Both the position numbers and the translations under genes were made by a program. Positions 41,190-50,821 of a stretch of DNA of 64,000 bases are shown piece after piece. The DNA comes from an uncultured Candidatus Rokubacteria bacterium (GTDB lineage Bacteria; Methylomirabilota; Methylomirabilia; Rokubacteriales; CSP1-6). The notes beneath the pieces are model-generated. The model did no database searches and was not told the origin of the DNA. It saw only the letters and a list, made by a program, of their open reading frames with translations. The stretch is from positions 5,824 to 69,823 of the forward strand of contig CAWIZN010000047.1 in NCBI GenBank assembly GCA_963840495.1. The letters run 5' to 3'. Position 1 is the stretch's first letter. Each line of letters begins with the position of its first letter.

Positions 41190-43454
41190 TCACGCCACGA
41201 CCGTCGGGAGGATCTCCTGCTTGTATCCGCACTCCTCGCGGATGCACGCCCGCGTCACCTTGCCGCCGCGCGCGTAGCGCTCCGTCAGGAACGGGGCCGC
41301 GCACATCGGGCACGGCTCGCTCACCGGCCGAGCCCAGAGGGCGAACTTGCAGTTGGGGTAGTTCGTGCAGGAGAAGAACGTCTTGCCGCGGCGCGTGCGC
41401 CGCTCGACGAGCTGGCCCCCGCATCCCGGCTCCGGACAGACGATGCCGAGGGTCACCGGCTTGGTGGTCTTGCACTCCGGATATCCCGAGCAGGCGATGA
41501 ACTTGCCGAAGCGCCCGTGCTTGATCACCATCGGCTTGCTGCAGGTCGGGCAGATCTCGTCGGTCGGCTCGTCAGCGGGCTTCTCGCGGCCCCCGAGGTC
41601 CTTGGTGTACTTGCACTCCGGATACGCCGAGCAGGCGAGAAAGCTGCCGAAGCGCCCGAACTTCTTGACCACGGGCTTGCCGCACTCCGGACAGGCCTCG
41701 CCCGTCTCCTGCCCGACCTTGACGTTCTCCATCTTCTTGCCCGCGCTCTTGAGATCGCGCGAGAACTGCTTGTAGAAGGAGTCGACCGTGTCCACCCAGT
41801 CGGCATCGCCCTCTTCGATCTTGTCGAGCGACTCCTCGAGCTGCGCGGTGAACTCGACGTCCATCACCTCGGGGAAATGGGGCACGAGCAGGTCGTTGAC
41901 CTGCATGCCGAGCTCGGTGGGGAACAGCGTGCCCCGCTCGCGATGGACGTAGCCCCGGTCCTGGATGGTCGAGAGGATCTGCGCGTAGGTCGACGGCCGC
42001 CCGATGCCGCGCTCCTCGAGCATCTTCACCAGCGAGGCCTCCGTATAGCGAGGCGGCGGCTGTGTGAAGTGCTGCTTGGGATCGAGGGACAGGAGCGTGA
42101 GCACCTCGCCGACCTCGAGCGGCGGCATCACCGCCTCCGCCTCTTCCTCGGGCACCGCGTCGGACTCCTCCCGGGACTCGACGTAGACCGCCATGAAGCC
42201 CGCGAACTTGAGCGTCGAGCCCTGGGCGCGGAACAGGCACGTGCCCGCATCGATGTCGGCCGCCACCGTGTCGTAGACGGCGGGGAGCATCTGGCTCGCG
42301 AGGAAGCGCTCCCAGATCAGCCGGTACAGCGCGAGCTGGTCCTTGCTGAGATAGCGCGTCAGCTCCTTCGGCTCGCGGGCGACCGCGCTGGGCCGGATCG
42401 CTTCATGCGCCTCCTGCGCGCTCTTCTTGGCCCGGTACACCGGCGGCGAGTCAGGCAAGTACTCGCGGCCCAGCCGGCGACTCACCCACTCGCGGGCTTC
42501 TTCCTGCGCCTCGGGGGCGATGCGCACGGCGTCCGTGCGCATATAGGTGATGAGGCCCACCGCCCCCTCGTCGCCGAGGGCGATCCCCTCGTAGAGCTGC
42601 TGGGCGAGCATCATCGTCTTCTTCGCCGTGAAGTGGAGCTTCCGGCCCGCTTCCTGCTGCAGGGTCGACGTGATGAACGGCGCCGCCGCGTTGCGCCGCC
42701 GCTCGCCCCGGGTGACCGACTTCACGATCCACGGCCGGCCCTCGAGCGACGTCACCACGGCCTGCGTGTCCGCCTCGGTGCCCAGCTCCGCCTTCTGCCC
42801 GGCCACTTCCTTCAGCGTGGCCACGAACTCCGGCGGGTGCGCGCCCTTGAGCCGAGCGTGCAGCGACCAGTACTCGACGGGGACGAAGGCCTGAATCTCC
42901 CGCTCGCGCTCGGTGATCAGCCGGACGGCGACCGATTGCACGCGCCCCGCCGACAGCCCCCGCCGCACCTTCTCCCACAGGAGCGGTGAGAGCTTGTAGC
43001 CCACGAGGCGATCGAGCACGCGCCGCGCCTGCTGGGCGTTCACCTTGTCGAGGTCGATCTTGCCCGGATGCAGGAAGGCCGCCTTGACGGCGCGCTCGGT
43101 GATCTCGTTGAACATGATGCGGTAGGTCTTCGACTTCGGCACCTTGAGCTCCTGGGCCAGGTGCCAGCCGATGGCCTCGCCTTCGCGATCGGGGTCGGTC
43201 GCGATGTACAGCGCGCCCGCGCCCGACGCCGATTTCTTGAGCTCGTCGAGAACCTTTTTCTTGGCGGGAAGCACGCGGTAGTCCGGCTTGAACCGCTTCT
43301 TCTCGTCCACGCCGAGCCGGGACTTCGGCAGATCGCGCACGTGCCCCATCGAGGCCTTGACGATGTATTTCGAGTCCAGATACTTCTGGATCGTCTTGAC
43401 CTTCGTGGGAGACTCCACGATCACCAATGACTTCCCCGGCGACTTCTTCGCCAC
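41190..43454 (-). CDS. topA: DNA topoisomerase I
   Basis: Taken from GTG 43454: VAKKSPGKSLVIVESPTKVKTIQKYL (TOPRIM). Also ...LITYMRTD (catalytic Tyr region) and C-terminal Cys4 zinc ribbons (CPECGKP..., CPTCSKP...). Confidence 0.95.
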   Translation of the reverse strand: MAKKSPGKSLVIVESPTKVKTIQKYLDSKYIVKASMGHVRDLPKSRLGVDEKKRFKPDYRVLPAKKKVLDELKKSASGAGALYIATDPDREGEAIGWHLAQELKVPKSKTYRIMFNEITERAVKAAFLHPGKIDLDKVNAQQARRVLDRLVGYKLSPLLWEKVRRGLSAGRVQSVAVRLITEREREIQAFVPVEYWSLHARLKGAHPPEFVATLKEVAGQKAELGTEADTQAVVTSLEGRPWIVKSVTRGERRRNAAAPFITSTLQQEAGRKLHFTAKKTMMLAQQLYEGIALGDEGAVGLITYMRTDAVRIAPEAQEEAREWVSRRLGREYLPDSPPVYRAKKSAQEAHEAIRPSAVAREPKELTRYLSKDQLALYRLIWERFLASQMLPAVYDTVAADIDAGTCLFRAQGSTLKFAGFMAVYVESREESDAVPEEEAEAVMPPLEVGEVLTLLSLDPKQHFTQPPPRYTEASLVKMLEERGIGRPSTYAQILSTIQDRGYVHRERGTLFPTELGMQVNDLLVPHFPEVMDVEFTAQLEESLDKIEEGDADWVDTVDSFYKQFSRDLKSAGKKMENVKVGQETGEACPECGKPVVKKFGRFGSFLACSAYPECKYTKDLGGREKPADEPTDEICPTCSKPMVIKHGRFGKFIACSGYPECKTTKPVTLGIVCPEPGCGGQLVERRTRRGKTFFSCTNYPNCKFALWARPVSEPCPMCAAPFLTERYARGGKVTRACIREECGYKQEILPTVVA

Positions 43455-43464
43455 GCCCTCTCCC

Positions 43465-44415
43465 TTATCCCGCCGCCGCGCGCGCGAATCGCTTGCCGTC
43501 GAGCTGCCGGACTCGCCCCGCCAGCTCCAGCTCGAGCAAGAGCGCGGTGGCTCGGCCCGCCGCCACGCCGCTCCGCTCGATGACATCGTCGATCGTCACC
43601 GGGTCCTCTCCGAGCGCCGCGAGCACGCGGCCACTGTCGCCACGCTCAGCCGGGGCCGCCGGGGCGGCGCCGCCATGCGTGTCCCTGCCCGTCGCCTCCT
43701 TCACGCAGGCCTGCCAGCGCGCGGGCAGCGCCGCGATCACCTCGTCGGCGTCCTGGACGAGCGCGGCGCCGTCCTGGATGAGCCGATGCGCTCCCCGGCT
43801 CTCCGGCGAATTCACGCGACCGGGAATCGCCAGGACCTCGCGCCCCAGCTCCGCGGCGAAGCCCGCGGTGATCAGCGCGCCACTCTTCTCCGCCGCCTCC
43901 ACCACCACCACCGCGAGGGCGAGCCCCGCGATGACGCGGTTGCGCTCGGGGAAATGATAGGGCAAGGGCCGCGTGCCCGGAGCGAACTGCGAGACCACCG
44001 CGCCCGCCTCGACGATCCTCCCCGCCAGGCGCCGATTCTCCGGCGGATAGATCACGTCGACGCCCGAGCCGAGCACGGCGATCGTGCGGCCACCCGACTC
44101 GAGCGCGCCGCGGTGGGCCGCGCTGTCGATGCCCCGCGCGAGCCCGCTGACGACCGTGACACCGCGCGCGCCGAGCGCCGCACCGAGCCGCTCCGCGACC
44201 TCGAGTCCGTACGGCGTCGCGCGCCGCGATCCCACGATCGCCACCGCGAGCGCGTCGTCCGCGACGAGGCGTCCGCGCACGTACAGCGTCTCCGGCGCCG
44301 ACGGCACCGCCGCGAGCTGCGCGGGGTACTCGTCACAGGCGCGCGTGATCACCGCGATCTCATCGACCGTGTCGGATTGGATACGCGTAGTCGGGCGCGA
44401 GCGTGCCATCGTCAT
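43465..44415 (-). CDS. dprA: DNA-processing protein DprA/Smf
   Basis: Intact 316 aa. Motifs: ...IVGSRRATPYG...VVSGLARGIDSAAH...GALITA. Confidence 0.9.
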   Translation of the reverse strand: MTMARSRPTTRIQSDTVDEIAVITRACDEYPAQLAAVPSAPETLYVRGRLVADDALAVAIVGSRRATPYGLEVAERLGAALGARGVTVVSGLARGIDSAAHRGALESGGRTIAVLGSGVDVIYPPENRRLAGRIVEAGAVVSQFAPGTRPLPYHFPERNRVIAGLALAVVVVEAAEKSGALITAGFAAELGREVLAIPGRVNSPESRGAHRLIQDGAALVQDADEVIAALPARWQACVKEATGRDTHGGAAPAAPAERGDSGRVLAALGEDPVTIDDVIERSGVAAGRATALLLELELAGRVRQLDGKRFARAAAG

Positions 44416-44494
44416 CGAGAAGACACCCTACTCCTCATCGTCGAGTCAGTATACCGAACCGAGGAGGCGGGTCAAGAATCGGCGGGCGCGCCGC

Positions 44495-45231
44495 TCAGCG
44501 CGCGCCGCGCCCTTGTCCTCCGAGCTGGGACAACAGTGTGCGCGCCTGGCTCGCGGCATTCGTGCCCGGATATCCCTTCACCACGCGCTCGAAGCTCTCG
44601 CGGGCGGCGGCCGTGTCCTTGAGGGCCCGATGACAGAGCCCGAGCTTCAACAGCGCCTCCGGCACTTGCGCGCTCTGCGGGTAGCCGTCGACCAGTTTCT
44701 GGAACTCGACGAGGGCCTGGCGGAAGTCGCGCTGGCGATAGTAGACCTCGCCGATCCAGTACTGTGAATTCGACGCGAGCGGATGCTGCGGGAACCGGTC
44801 CACGAGCTCACTGAACTCGGCACGGCCTGCCCGTGCTCCTCGCTCCGGAAGGTCGCCATCGCCGATGCGTACAGCTTCTCGGGCGATGTCTCGAGCGCGC
44901 CCCCCGACCCGGGCTTCGCCGCGGCGGCCGGGGCGGCCGCCTTGCGCTCGACGTCCTCGACCGCGAGGCGCAGCTCGCGCAGCGCCGCGGCGACCTGACC
45001 GACCTCCTTCTGGAGCTGATCCAGCTCCTGACGCACGGCCTTCGTCTCGGCGAGCACGAAGGCTTGCTGCGCGTCGATCGACTTGACCTGTTCGGCCAGT
45101 CGCGTGCGCTCGCGCGACGCCGCGTCCTGATTCTTCTTGACCTCGGCGAACTGTCCGTGCAGATCCGCGACCTCCGCCGAGCGGCGCGCTCGCTCGGCGT
45201 CTCCACTCGCGCACGCGGCCGTCGCCATCAT
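44495..45231 (-). CDS. ybgF: Tol-Pal system protein YbgF/CpoB-like (coiled coil + TPR; indel near 44815-44830; true start probably further upstream in another frame)
   Basis: The coiled-coil part lies in the ORF 44647..45615 frame. The TPR part (...YWIGEVYYRQRDFRQALVEFQKLVDGYPQS...KLGLCH...) lies in ORF 44495..45328. A possible lipoprotein signal (...LALLAA / MMATAAC) straddles another frame change. Confidence 0.65.
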
Positions 45232-45369
45232 CGGCGGCGAGCAGTGCGAGCGACGCTGACCGCGGACGGACGAGTCCCCGCGCGCGTGGATTGCATGTCG
45301 TCGACCGTAGCATCGCGCCAGAAGCCAAGTCAACGGCCGGCTGCCGGCTTTGCCCCGACGCGCGACCTC

Positions 45370-45378
45370 TGCTAGCAT
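45370..45378 (+). promoter_or_regulatory. extended -10 element TGCTAGCAT, 6 nt before the yeeE ATG (leaderless candidate)
   Basis: The sequence ctcTGcTAGCATgcgcgcATG has no Shine-Dalgarno between the hexamer and the ATG. Confidence 0.35.
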
Positions 45379-45384
45379 GCGCGC

Positions 45385-46384
45385 ATGGACGAGATCGACT
45401 GGCCGCTCATCGTATCCGCGCTCGCCACCGGCATCGTCTTTGGCTTCGTCCTGCAGCGCGGTGGCTTCTGCCTGACGCGCGCGATCTCGAACGCGGCCCT
45501 CGCGGGTGACACGGCGATCTTGCGCGCCTACGTGCTCGCCCTCCTCGTCGCCATGGCCGGTGTCCAGGTCATCCTGAGCTTCGAGCTCGCCGAGATCCCG
45601 GTGCGCCAGCTCCACTGGCTGTCCAATCTCGTGGGCGGCGCGCTCTTCGGCGTGGGCATGATCCTCTCCGGGGGCTGCTCCGGCAGCACGTGGTATCGCG
45701 TCGGCGAGGGCGCCGTCGGCGCCTGGGTGATCCTGCTCGGGTTCGCCATCGGGGCCACCACGGTCGCCGTGGGTGCGCTCGATCCCCTGCGCCGTGCGCT
45801 GCAGCGACCCGTGATCACCACCGGACCCGGCGCCGCGCCCACGCTCGCCAATGTCACCGGGCTCTCGCCCTGGATCGTGATCGCCGTCCTCGCCGCCGCC
45901 GCCGGCCTCTGGATGTGGTGGGCTCGAGGCGAAGTCGGGGGGCCACGCGAAGTGGCCGTGGCCTCTGACGGGCGCCGCGGTCGGCGTGATGATCGCGGTG
46001 GGCTGGTGGGCCTCGACCTACGGCGACCGGCCCGTCGGGATCACGTTCGCCGCCAATACCGGCCACCTGCTCACCTACCCGATGGTCGGCTATCCCACGA
46101 AGGCCACATGGAGCATGTGGATGGCGCTCGGCGTTCCCGTGGGCGCCTTCGTCTCGGCGAAGCGCGCGGGCGAGTTTGGCTGGAAGGTGCCCCCGGGCGG
46201 CAGCCTCGTGAAGATCTTTGGGGGCGGCCTCCTCATGGGCGGCGCCGCCCTCATCGCCGAGGGCTGCAATATCAACCAGGGGCTCACGAACTCCGCCACG
46301 CTCGCCCTCGGCAGCCTGCTCACCTTCGCGGCGATGGGAGCCGGGGCCTGGCTGACGCTCTGGGCGCTCTACATGCGGCGCTGA
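45385..46384 (+). CDS. yeeE: YeeE/YedE-family sulfur-compound transporter (indel at the G-run 45937-45942)
   Basis: Motifs: ...GFVLQRGGFCLT...LSGGC.G in the first half. The second half is in ORF 45986..46384 and reads ...LIAEGCNI.... Confidence 0.8.
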
Positions 46385-46392
46385 GTACCTGC

Positions 46393-46430
46393 CCTGACGC
46401 TGACCCGCTGCCGGTCAGCGGGGCGTCAGG
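46393..46430. terminator. GC-rich hairpin between convergent yeeE and the aminoacylase gene (candidate bidirectional terminator)
   Basis: CCTGACGCTGACCCGCTG-CCGGT-CAGCGGGGCGTCAGG forms two 7-bp helices with an internal bulge. The 3' arm overlaps the last codons of the minus-strand CDS. Confidence 0.45.
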
Positions 46431-48016
46431 ACGCGGCCCGTGCCCGCGGGGTGCATGCGCCCGCCGTCCACCACGACGGCGCCGTTCACGACGACGTAGG
46501 GGATCCCCACCGCATAGTGGTGCGGATCCTGAAACGTCGCCGCGTCCTTCACCGTCGCGGGATCGAACACGGCGATGTCCGCGGCATAGCCCGGGCGCAA
46601 GAGCCCGCGATCCTTGAACCGGAGCCGTTCGGCGGGCATGCCGGTCATCTTGCGCACCGCCGTCTCGAGCGAGAAGAGCCCGCGGTCACGCGCGTATTCG
46701 CCGAGCACGCGCGGGAACGTCCCGTACATCCGCGGATGCGGCTTGCCGTGCTTGGGCCCGACGCCCTCGGAGAGACCGATCGAGTCGGAGCCGATCATGA
46801 TCGCGGGGTGCGCCAGCACCGTGGCGACATTGTCGAGGTTCTGCGAGAACGACACCATCCCGACGGTGGCGCGCTCCTCGAGGAGGAGGTCCATCAGGGC
46901 CTCGGCGGGTGCCTTGCCGGTCTGGCGGGCGAGGGCGGCCAAGGTGAGCCCCTCGAGCTCGTGCTGGCGGCACGTGGCGATCATGACCTCGTCGAAGCCC
47001 ACGCGGCCCTGGGAGATGGTGCCCCAGCGCTCACCGTCCACCACGCATTCCGCGACGATGCGCTGGCGCGCCGCCCGGTCACCGAGCCGCTCGAGCAGCT
47101 TCGGCAGGCCGCCGTCGTGCACCCAGGCGGGCAGCAGGTTGTCCATCTTGGTGCTTCCCGCGTGATAGGGATACACGTCGCCGCTCACGTCGACCCCGCG
47201 CGCCCGCGCGTCGTCGATCAGGCGCAGCACCGCGTCCATCTTCCCCCAGTTCTCGCGCCCGCTCACCTTCACGTGGGCGATCTGCACGCCGACGCCGCTC
47301 TCCTCCCCGATGCGGATGGCCTCGCTGATGGACGCTTCCACCATCGCGCTCTCGCCCCGCACGTGGGAGAAGTAGAGACCCTCGCGCGCCGCGATGCCCC
47401 GGGCGAGCGCCACCAGCTCCTCGGTCCCCGCATAGGCGCTGGGCGCGTAGACGAGCCCGGTCGAGTAGCCGTAGGCGCCCGCGTCCATCGCCTCGTCGAG
47501 CAGCCGCTGCATGGCCCGCAGATCCTCGGGCCCGACGGCTCGGTTGTCGGGTCCGATCGTGGCGAGCCGGAGCGCGCCGTGGCCGACGAAGTGGACGACG
47601 TTGATCGACGGCCGCACGGAGCGAAGCGCGTCGAGGTACTGCCCGAACCCCTCCCAGGCGAGGTCGACGCTCGCGCCGATCCCCCCTGCCCAGCCCCGCA
47701 CGGACTCCGCGCGGCCCGGCGCGATGGGCGCCGGGGAGAACGAGCACATCCCGACCACCTCGGTGGTGCACCCCTGGCGGATCTTCGACTCCGAGGACGG
47801 GCAGCCCATGTAGAAGAGATCGGAGTGCGAGTGGGCGTCGATGAAGCCCGGCGCCACCACGTGGCCTCCCGCTTCGATCACGCGATCGGCCTGAAGGGGC
47901 AGATGAGGGCCGATGGCGGCGATCGTCTCGCCCTCCACCGCCACGTCCAGTTCACGCCGCGGGGTCCCAGTACCGTCGATGACGGTTCCGCCGCGAATCA
48001 GGAGCGACCAGGGCAT
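46415..48016 (-). CDS. N-acyl-D-amino-acid deacylase (D-aminoacylase) family amidohydrolase
   Basis: Intact 533 aa. Motifs: ...VAPGFIDAHSHSD... and ...HPRMYGTFPRVLG..., typical of this family. Confidence 0.8.
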   Translation of the reverse strand: MPWSLLIRGGTVIDGTGTPRRELDVAVEGETIAAIGPHLPLQADRVIEAGGHVVAPGFIDAHSHSDLFYMGCPSSESKIRQGCTTEVVGMCSFSPAPIAPGRAESVRGWAGGIGASVDLAWEGFGQYLDALRSVRPSINVVHFVGHGALRLATIGPDNRAVGPEDLRAMQRLLDEAMDAGAYGYSTGLVYAPSAYAGTEELVALARGIAAREGLYFSHVRGESAMVEASISEAIRIGEESGVGVQIAHVKVSGRENWGKMDAVLRLIDDARARGVDVSGDVYPYHAGSTKMDNLLPAWVHDGGLPKLLERLGDRAARQRIVAECVVDGERWGTISQGRVGFDEVMIATCRQHELEGLTLAALARQTGKAPAEALMDLLLEERATVGMVSFSQNLDNVATVLAHPAIMIGSDSIGLSEGVGPKHGKPHPRMYGTFPRVLGEYARDRGLFSLETAVRKMTGMPAERLRFKDRGLLRPGYAADIAVFDPATVKDAATFQDPHHYAVGIPYVVVNGAVVVDGGRMHPAGTGRVLTPR

Positions 48017-48078
48017 CGTTCATTCCTCCGCGGGACAACGGGGTCAACATTCGGACCGGACGGCGGCACGCCGCGCGG

Positions 48079-49302
48079 TCACACCGAGCGAAGCAGGATC
48101 ACGCGCACATCGGCCCCGATCTCGATGACCGTATTGCCGGGCACGACGGCGAGCCCGTCGGCGTCCACCATGGAGCGGAGGATTCCGGAGCTCTGGTCTC
48201 CGGTGAGCCGCGCTCCGTAGCCGCCTTCGTCCGCGGTAAGCGTCACGCGGAGATAGCCCCGCCGCCGGCCGGGATTGTCGATGCGCCCGAGCGCCCGCGC
48301 GGTGACGACGGGCCGGTCGAGACGCGCGTGCCCGCCCATGCGCAAGAGCGCGGGCCGAACGAAGAGCTCGAAGGTCACCATCGCCGAGACGGGATTGCCG
48401 GGCAGCGCGAAAACGGGCACGGCGCCCCTCGACGCCACGGGAATCGTCGAGAATGCGATCGGCTTGCCCGGGCGCATGTCGACGAGCCACAGGTGCTGCT
48501 CGGCTCCGAGCCGGGCGAGCGCGGCCTTGACGAAGTCGTGCTCTCCCACGGAGACGCCGGCGGAGGAGATCAGCGCGTCGCACCCGAGCCCCCACGCCAA
48601 GCGGGTCTCGATCGCCTCCAGATTGTCCGGCGCGACGCCCAGCAGCACGGGCTCACCACCCGCCTCGACGACCTGGGCCATGAGCGAGTAGCTGTTCGAG
48701 TTTCGGATCTGGCCCGGACCGAGGGCGGTGCCGAGGTCGGCGATCTCGTCCCCCGTCGAGAGGATGCCCACGCGCGGTCGCTTCACGACGCGGATCCGGG
48801 CGCGCCCGAGGGCCGCGAGGAGCCCGATCTCGCCGGCGCCCAGAAGCCGCCCGGGCCCGAGCACGGTCTCGCCCGCCTTGATGTCCTCGCCGCGCGGCCG
48901 CACGTACTCGCCGATCCGGACCCGTCGAGGGATCAGGACCATGCCGCCGTCCTCGGTCACGTCCTCCTGCGGAATCACCGCGTCGGCGCCATCGGGCAGC
49001 GGCGCGCCGGTGAAGATGCGGTACGCTTCGCCGGCGGTCAGCGGCCGGTCGGAGAGCGCTCCCGCCGCGACGCGCCCGGCCAGGCGCAGCCGCGCCGGAT
49101 CGCCGGCGGCGGCCCCGTGTGTATCGCCGCCTCGGAGGGCATACCCGTCCATCGACGAGTTGGGCCAGGGCGGAATGTCGGCGCCCGCCGCCACGTCCTC
49201 GGCGAGCACGCGATGGAGCGCATGCGGCAGCTCGACGTGCTCGGATCCGAGCGTGGACAGACGGGAGAGAATCCGCTCGAGCGCCTCTTCGACGGGGATC
49301 AC
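48079..49302 (-). CDS. moeA: molybdopterin molybdenumtransferase MoeA
   Basis: Intact 407 aa with a GTG start. Motifs: ...PPWPNSSMDGYA...STGDE...SGGVSVGEHD.... Confidence 0.9.
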   Translation of the reverse strand: MIPVEEALERILSRLSTLGSEHVELPHALHRVLAEDVAAGADIPPWPNSSMDGYALRGGDTHGAAAGDPARLRLAGRVAAGALSDRPLTAGEAYRIFTGAPLPDGADAVIPQEDVTEDGGMVLIPRRVRIGEYVRPRGEDIKAGETVLGPGRLLGAGEIGLLAALGRARIRVVKRPRVGILSTGDEIADLGTALGPGQIRNSNSYSLMAQVVEAGGEPVLLGVAPDNLEAIETRLAWGLGCDALISSAGVSVGEHDFVKAALARLGAEQHLWLVDMRPGKPIAFSTIPVASRGAVPVFALPGNPVSAMVTFELFVRPALLRMGGHARLDRPVVTARALGRIDNPGRRRGYLRVTLTADEGGYGARLTGDQSSGILRSMVDADGLAVVPGNTVIEIGADVRVILLRSV

Positions 49303-49308
49303 GCCGAC

Positions 49309-49317
49309 ATTCTAGCA
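49309..49317 (-). promoter_or_regulatory. extended -10 element TGCTAGAAT, 6 nt before the moeA GTG (leaderless candidate)
   Basis: The minus strand reads ctcTGcTAGAATgtcggcGTG, the same architecture and flanking CTC as at yeeE. Confidence 0.35.
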
Positions 49318-49393
49318 GAGCGCCGCGCGCCCGCCGTCCCTGCGCGGACGCGCGACGTCTCGCTAGGTCCCAAGTCACGAATGTGCCGACAAT

Positions 49394-49548
49394 GCGCCGG
49401 GCGGGGCCAGGGGGCTCTCCCCGCGGGACACGCTGAGTCGCGACCCGTTGCGGCACTCAATGGGGCCACGAGATCAATCGGCTGCGGCTTCGACGGTCCG
49501 CAGAAGCCACGGTCCCGCGGGGAGAGCCCCCTGGCCCCAGCCCGGCGC
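49394..49548. repeat. long inverted repeat: 36/37-nt arms around an 82-nt spacer
   Basis: The left arm is GCGCCGGGCGGGGCCAGGGGGCTCTCCCCGCGGGAC (49394-49429). The right arm is GTCCCGCGGGGAGAGCCCCCTGGCCCCAGCCCGGCGC (49512-49548). They are perfectly complementary except for one extra base. Confidence 0.75.
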
Positions 49549-49644
49549 CGCGAGTCGATGATTTCTGACTCAGAACACTAGGAGCGTGTCGGAGCGGCCG
49601 CCGTTCGAGCGCCGGCTTCGCCGGCGCAATCCTGGGGGGAGGCA

Positions 49645-49672
49645 TCGGAAGGGGGGCGAAGCCCCCCTCCGA
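49645..49672 (-). terminator. GC-rich hairpin 6 nt after the actF stop; copy 2 of the repeated module
   Basis: TCGGAAGGGGGGC-GAA-GCCCCCCTCCGA, preceded on the plus strand by GGGGGGAGGCA. This is almost the same 45-nt module as at 12441-12482. Confidence 0.5.
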
Positions 49673-49678
49673 GTGTAT

Positions 49679-50821
49679 TTAGCGCGGCAGGTCGAGCGCG
49701 GGCCGATAGCGGCCGAGGAACCAGTTCCGGCTCAGGACGAAGAGCGAGAAGAATCCCGCGGTGATGAGGATCTCCACCGGTCCGATCGGCAGGGCATTGC
49801 TCTTCGGCAACATCGTCGGGAACACGAGCATGATCCGCTCGAAGAAGATGGCGATCCAGCCCATGAACAGGATGACGATGAACACCTTGTGGCGGGTGGG
49901 CGGCCGGCCCGTCAGGCGCTTGAGCAGATACGCGAACGGAATGAGCGCCCCGACGAGGAAGATGGCGAACGCCAGCGTCTTCCACGGCTCGACGAAGAAC
50001 CGGCGCAGGAAGAACTTGGTCTCGACGGGCACGTTCCCGTACCAGATGACCAGGTACTGGGAGTAGAAGAAGTACATCCAGAAGATGCACATCGCGAAGG
50101 TGAGCTTCGCGATGTCCTGGATGCTCGCGGGCGAGACCCGGCTCACGCCGCGCGCATTGGCGCGAATCACGAGGAACGTGACCAGGCCGAACCCCGTGTA
50201 GAGCGACGTCACGACGTAGTAGCCGCCGAAGAGGCCGCTGTACCAGGTCGGGTCGATCGTCATGACGAGGTCGAAGCCCCAGAGGGACAGCACGACCACG
50301 TAGAGCATCAGGAGGATGGTACCCAGCCGGGTGCGCCGAGCCAGGGCCGCCGGGCTGTCGCCGCCCGCCTGGTGCTCCGCGATCACCGCGCGCGCAAAGA
50401 CGAGGGCGACCCCGTAGAGCAGCAGGACACCGAGGCCGATGCGCAGCGACATGAACGGCACGTTGAGCCAGGCCGCCTTGATCGGAACGGGCGTGTCGAC
50501 CCAGGGATAGAGCACACGGCGCCCGAAGAAGAGGATCAGGAACAACACGAAGGAGACGGGCAGAAACCCCGCCGTCGTGAGCGCCATCTGCTTCACGGTG
50601 GGCGACCAGCGCCCCTCGGTCAACTGGATCATGCCCGCGATGGCGGGCCCGGTGATGGCCAGGCTCGACCAGAAGAGCAGGTTGACGAGGTAGATGCCCC
50701 ATGTGGTCGCCGGCTGGGACCGCGTGATCCCGTACAGGAAGGCGACGACCCCGAGCGCCGCGAGCAGCACGAGGAGGGACTGGGCGCCCTTCGACGATTG
50801 TGCGGTGCCCGCCGGGCTCAT
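49679..50821 (-). CDS. actF: Alternative Complex III subunit ActF-like polytopic membrane protein (NrfD/PsrC-related)
   Basis: Intact 380 aa with multiple hydrophobic helices. Its position after actE and its similarity in character to ActC support the call. Its ATG overlaps the actE stop. Confidence 0.75.
   Translation of the reverse strand: MSPAGTAQSSKGAQSLLVLLAALGVVAFLYGITRSQPATTWGIYLVNLLFWSSLAITGPAIAGMIQLTEGRWSPTVKQMALTTAGFLPVSFVLFLILFFGRRVLYPWVDTPVPIKAAWLNVPFMSLRIGLGVLLLYGVALVFARAVIAEHQAGGDSPAALARRTRLGTILLMLYVVVLSLWGFDLVMTIDPTWYSGLFGGYYVVTSLYTGFGLVTFLVIRANARGVSRVSPASIQDIAKLTFAMCIFWMYFFYSQYLVIWYGNVPVETKFFLRRFFVEPWKTLAFAIFLVGALIPFAYLLKRLTGRPPTRHKVFIVILFMGWIAIFFERIMLVFPTMLPKSNALPIGPVEILITAGFFSLFVLSRNWFLGRYRPALDLPR

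Noticed and set aside
49303-49678. A Moco riboswitch upstream of moeA (and likewise upstream of moaA), or a retron msr/msd-like ncRNA formed by the long inverted repeat.
   Set aside because: I could not recognise the conserved Moco-motif core by eye. moaA has no leader at all, because its start overlaps the Rieske gene. No reverse transcriptase gene is anywhere in the window. The element is reported only as an unexplained inverted repeat.
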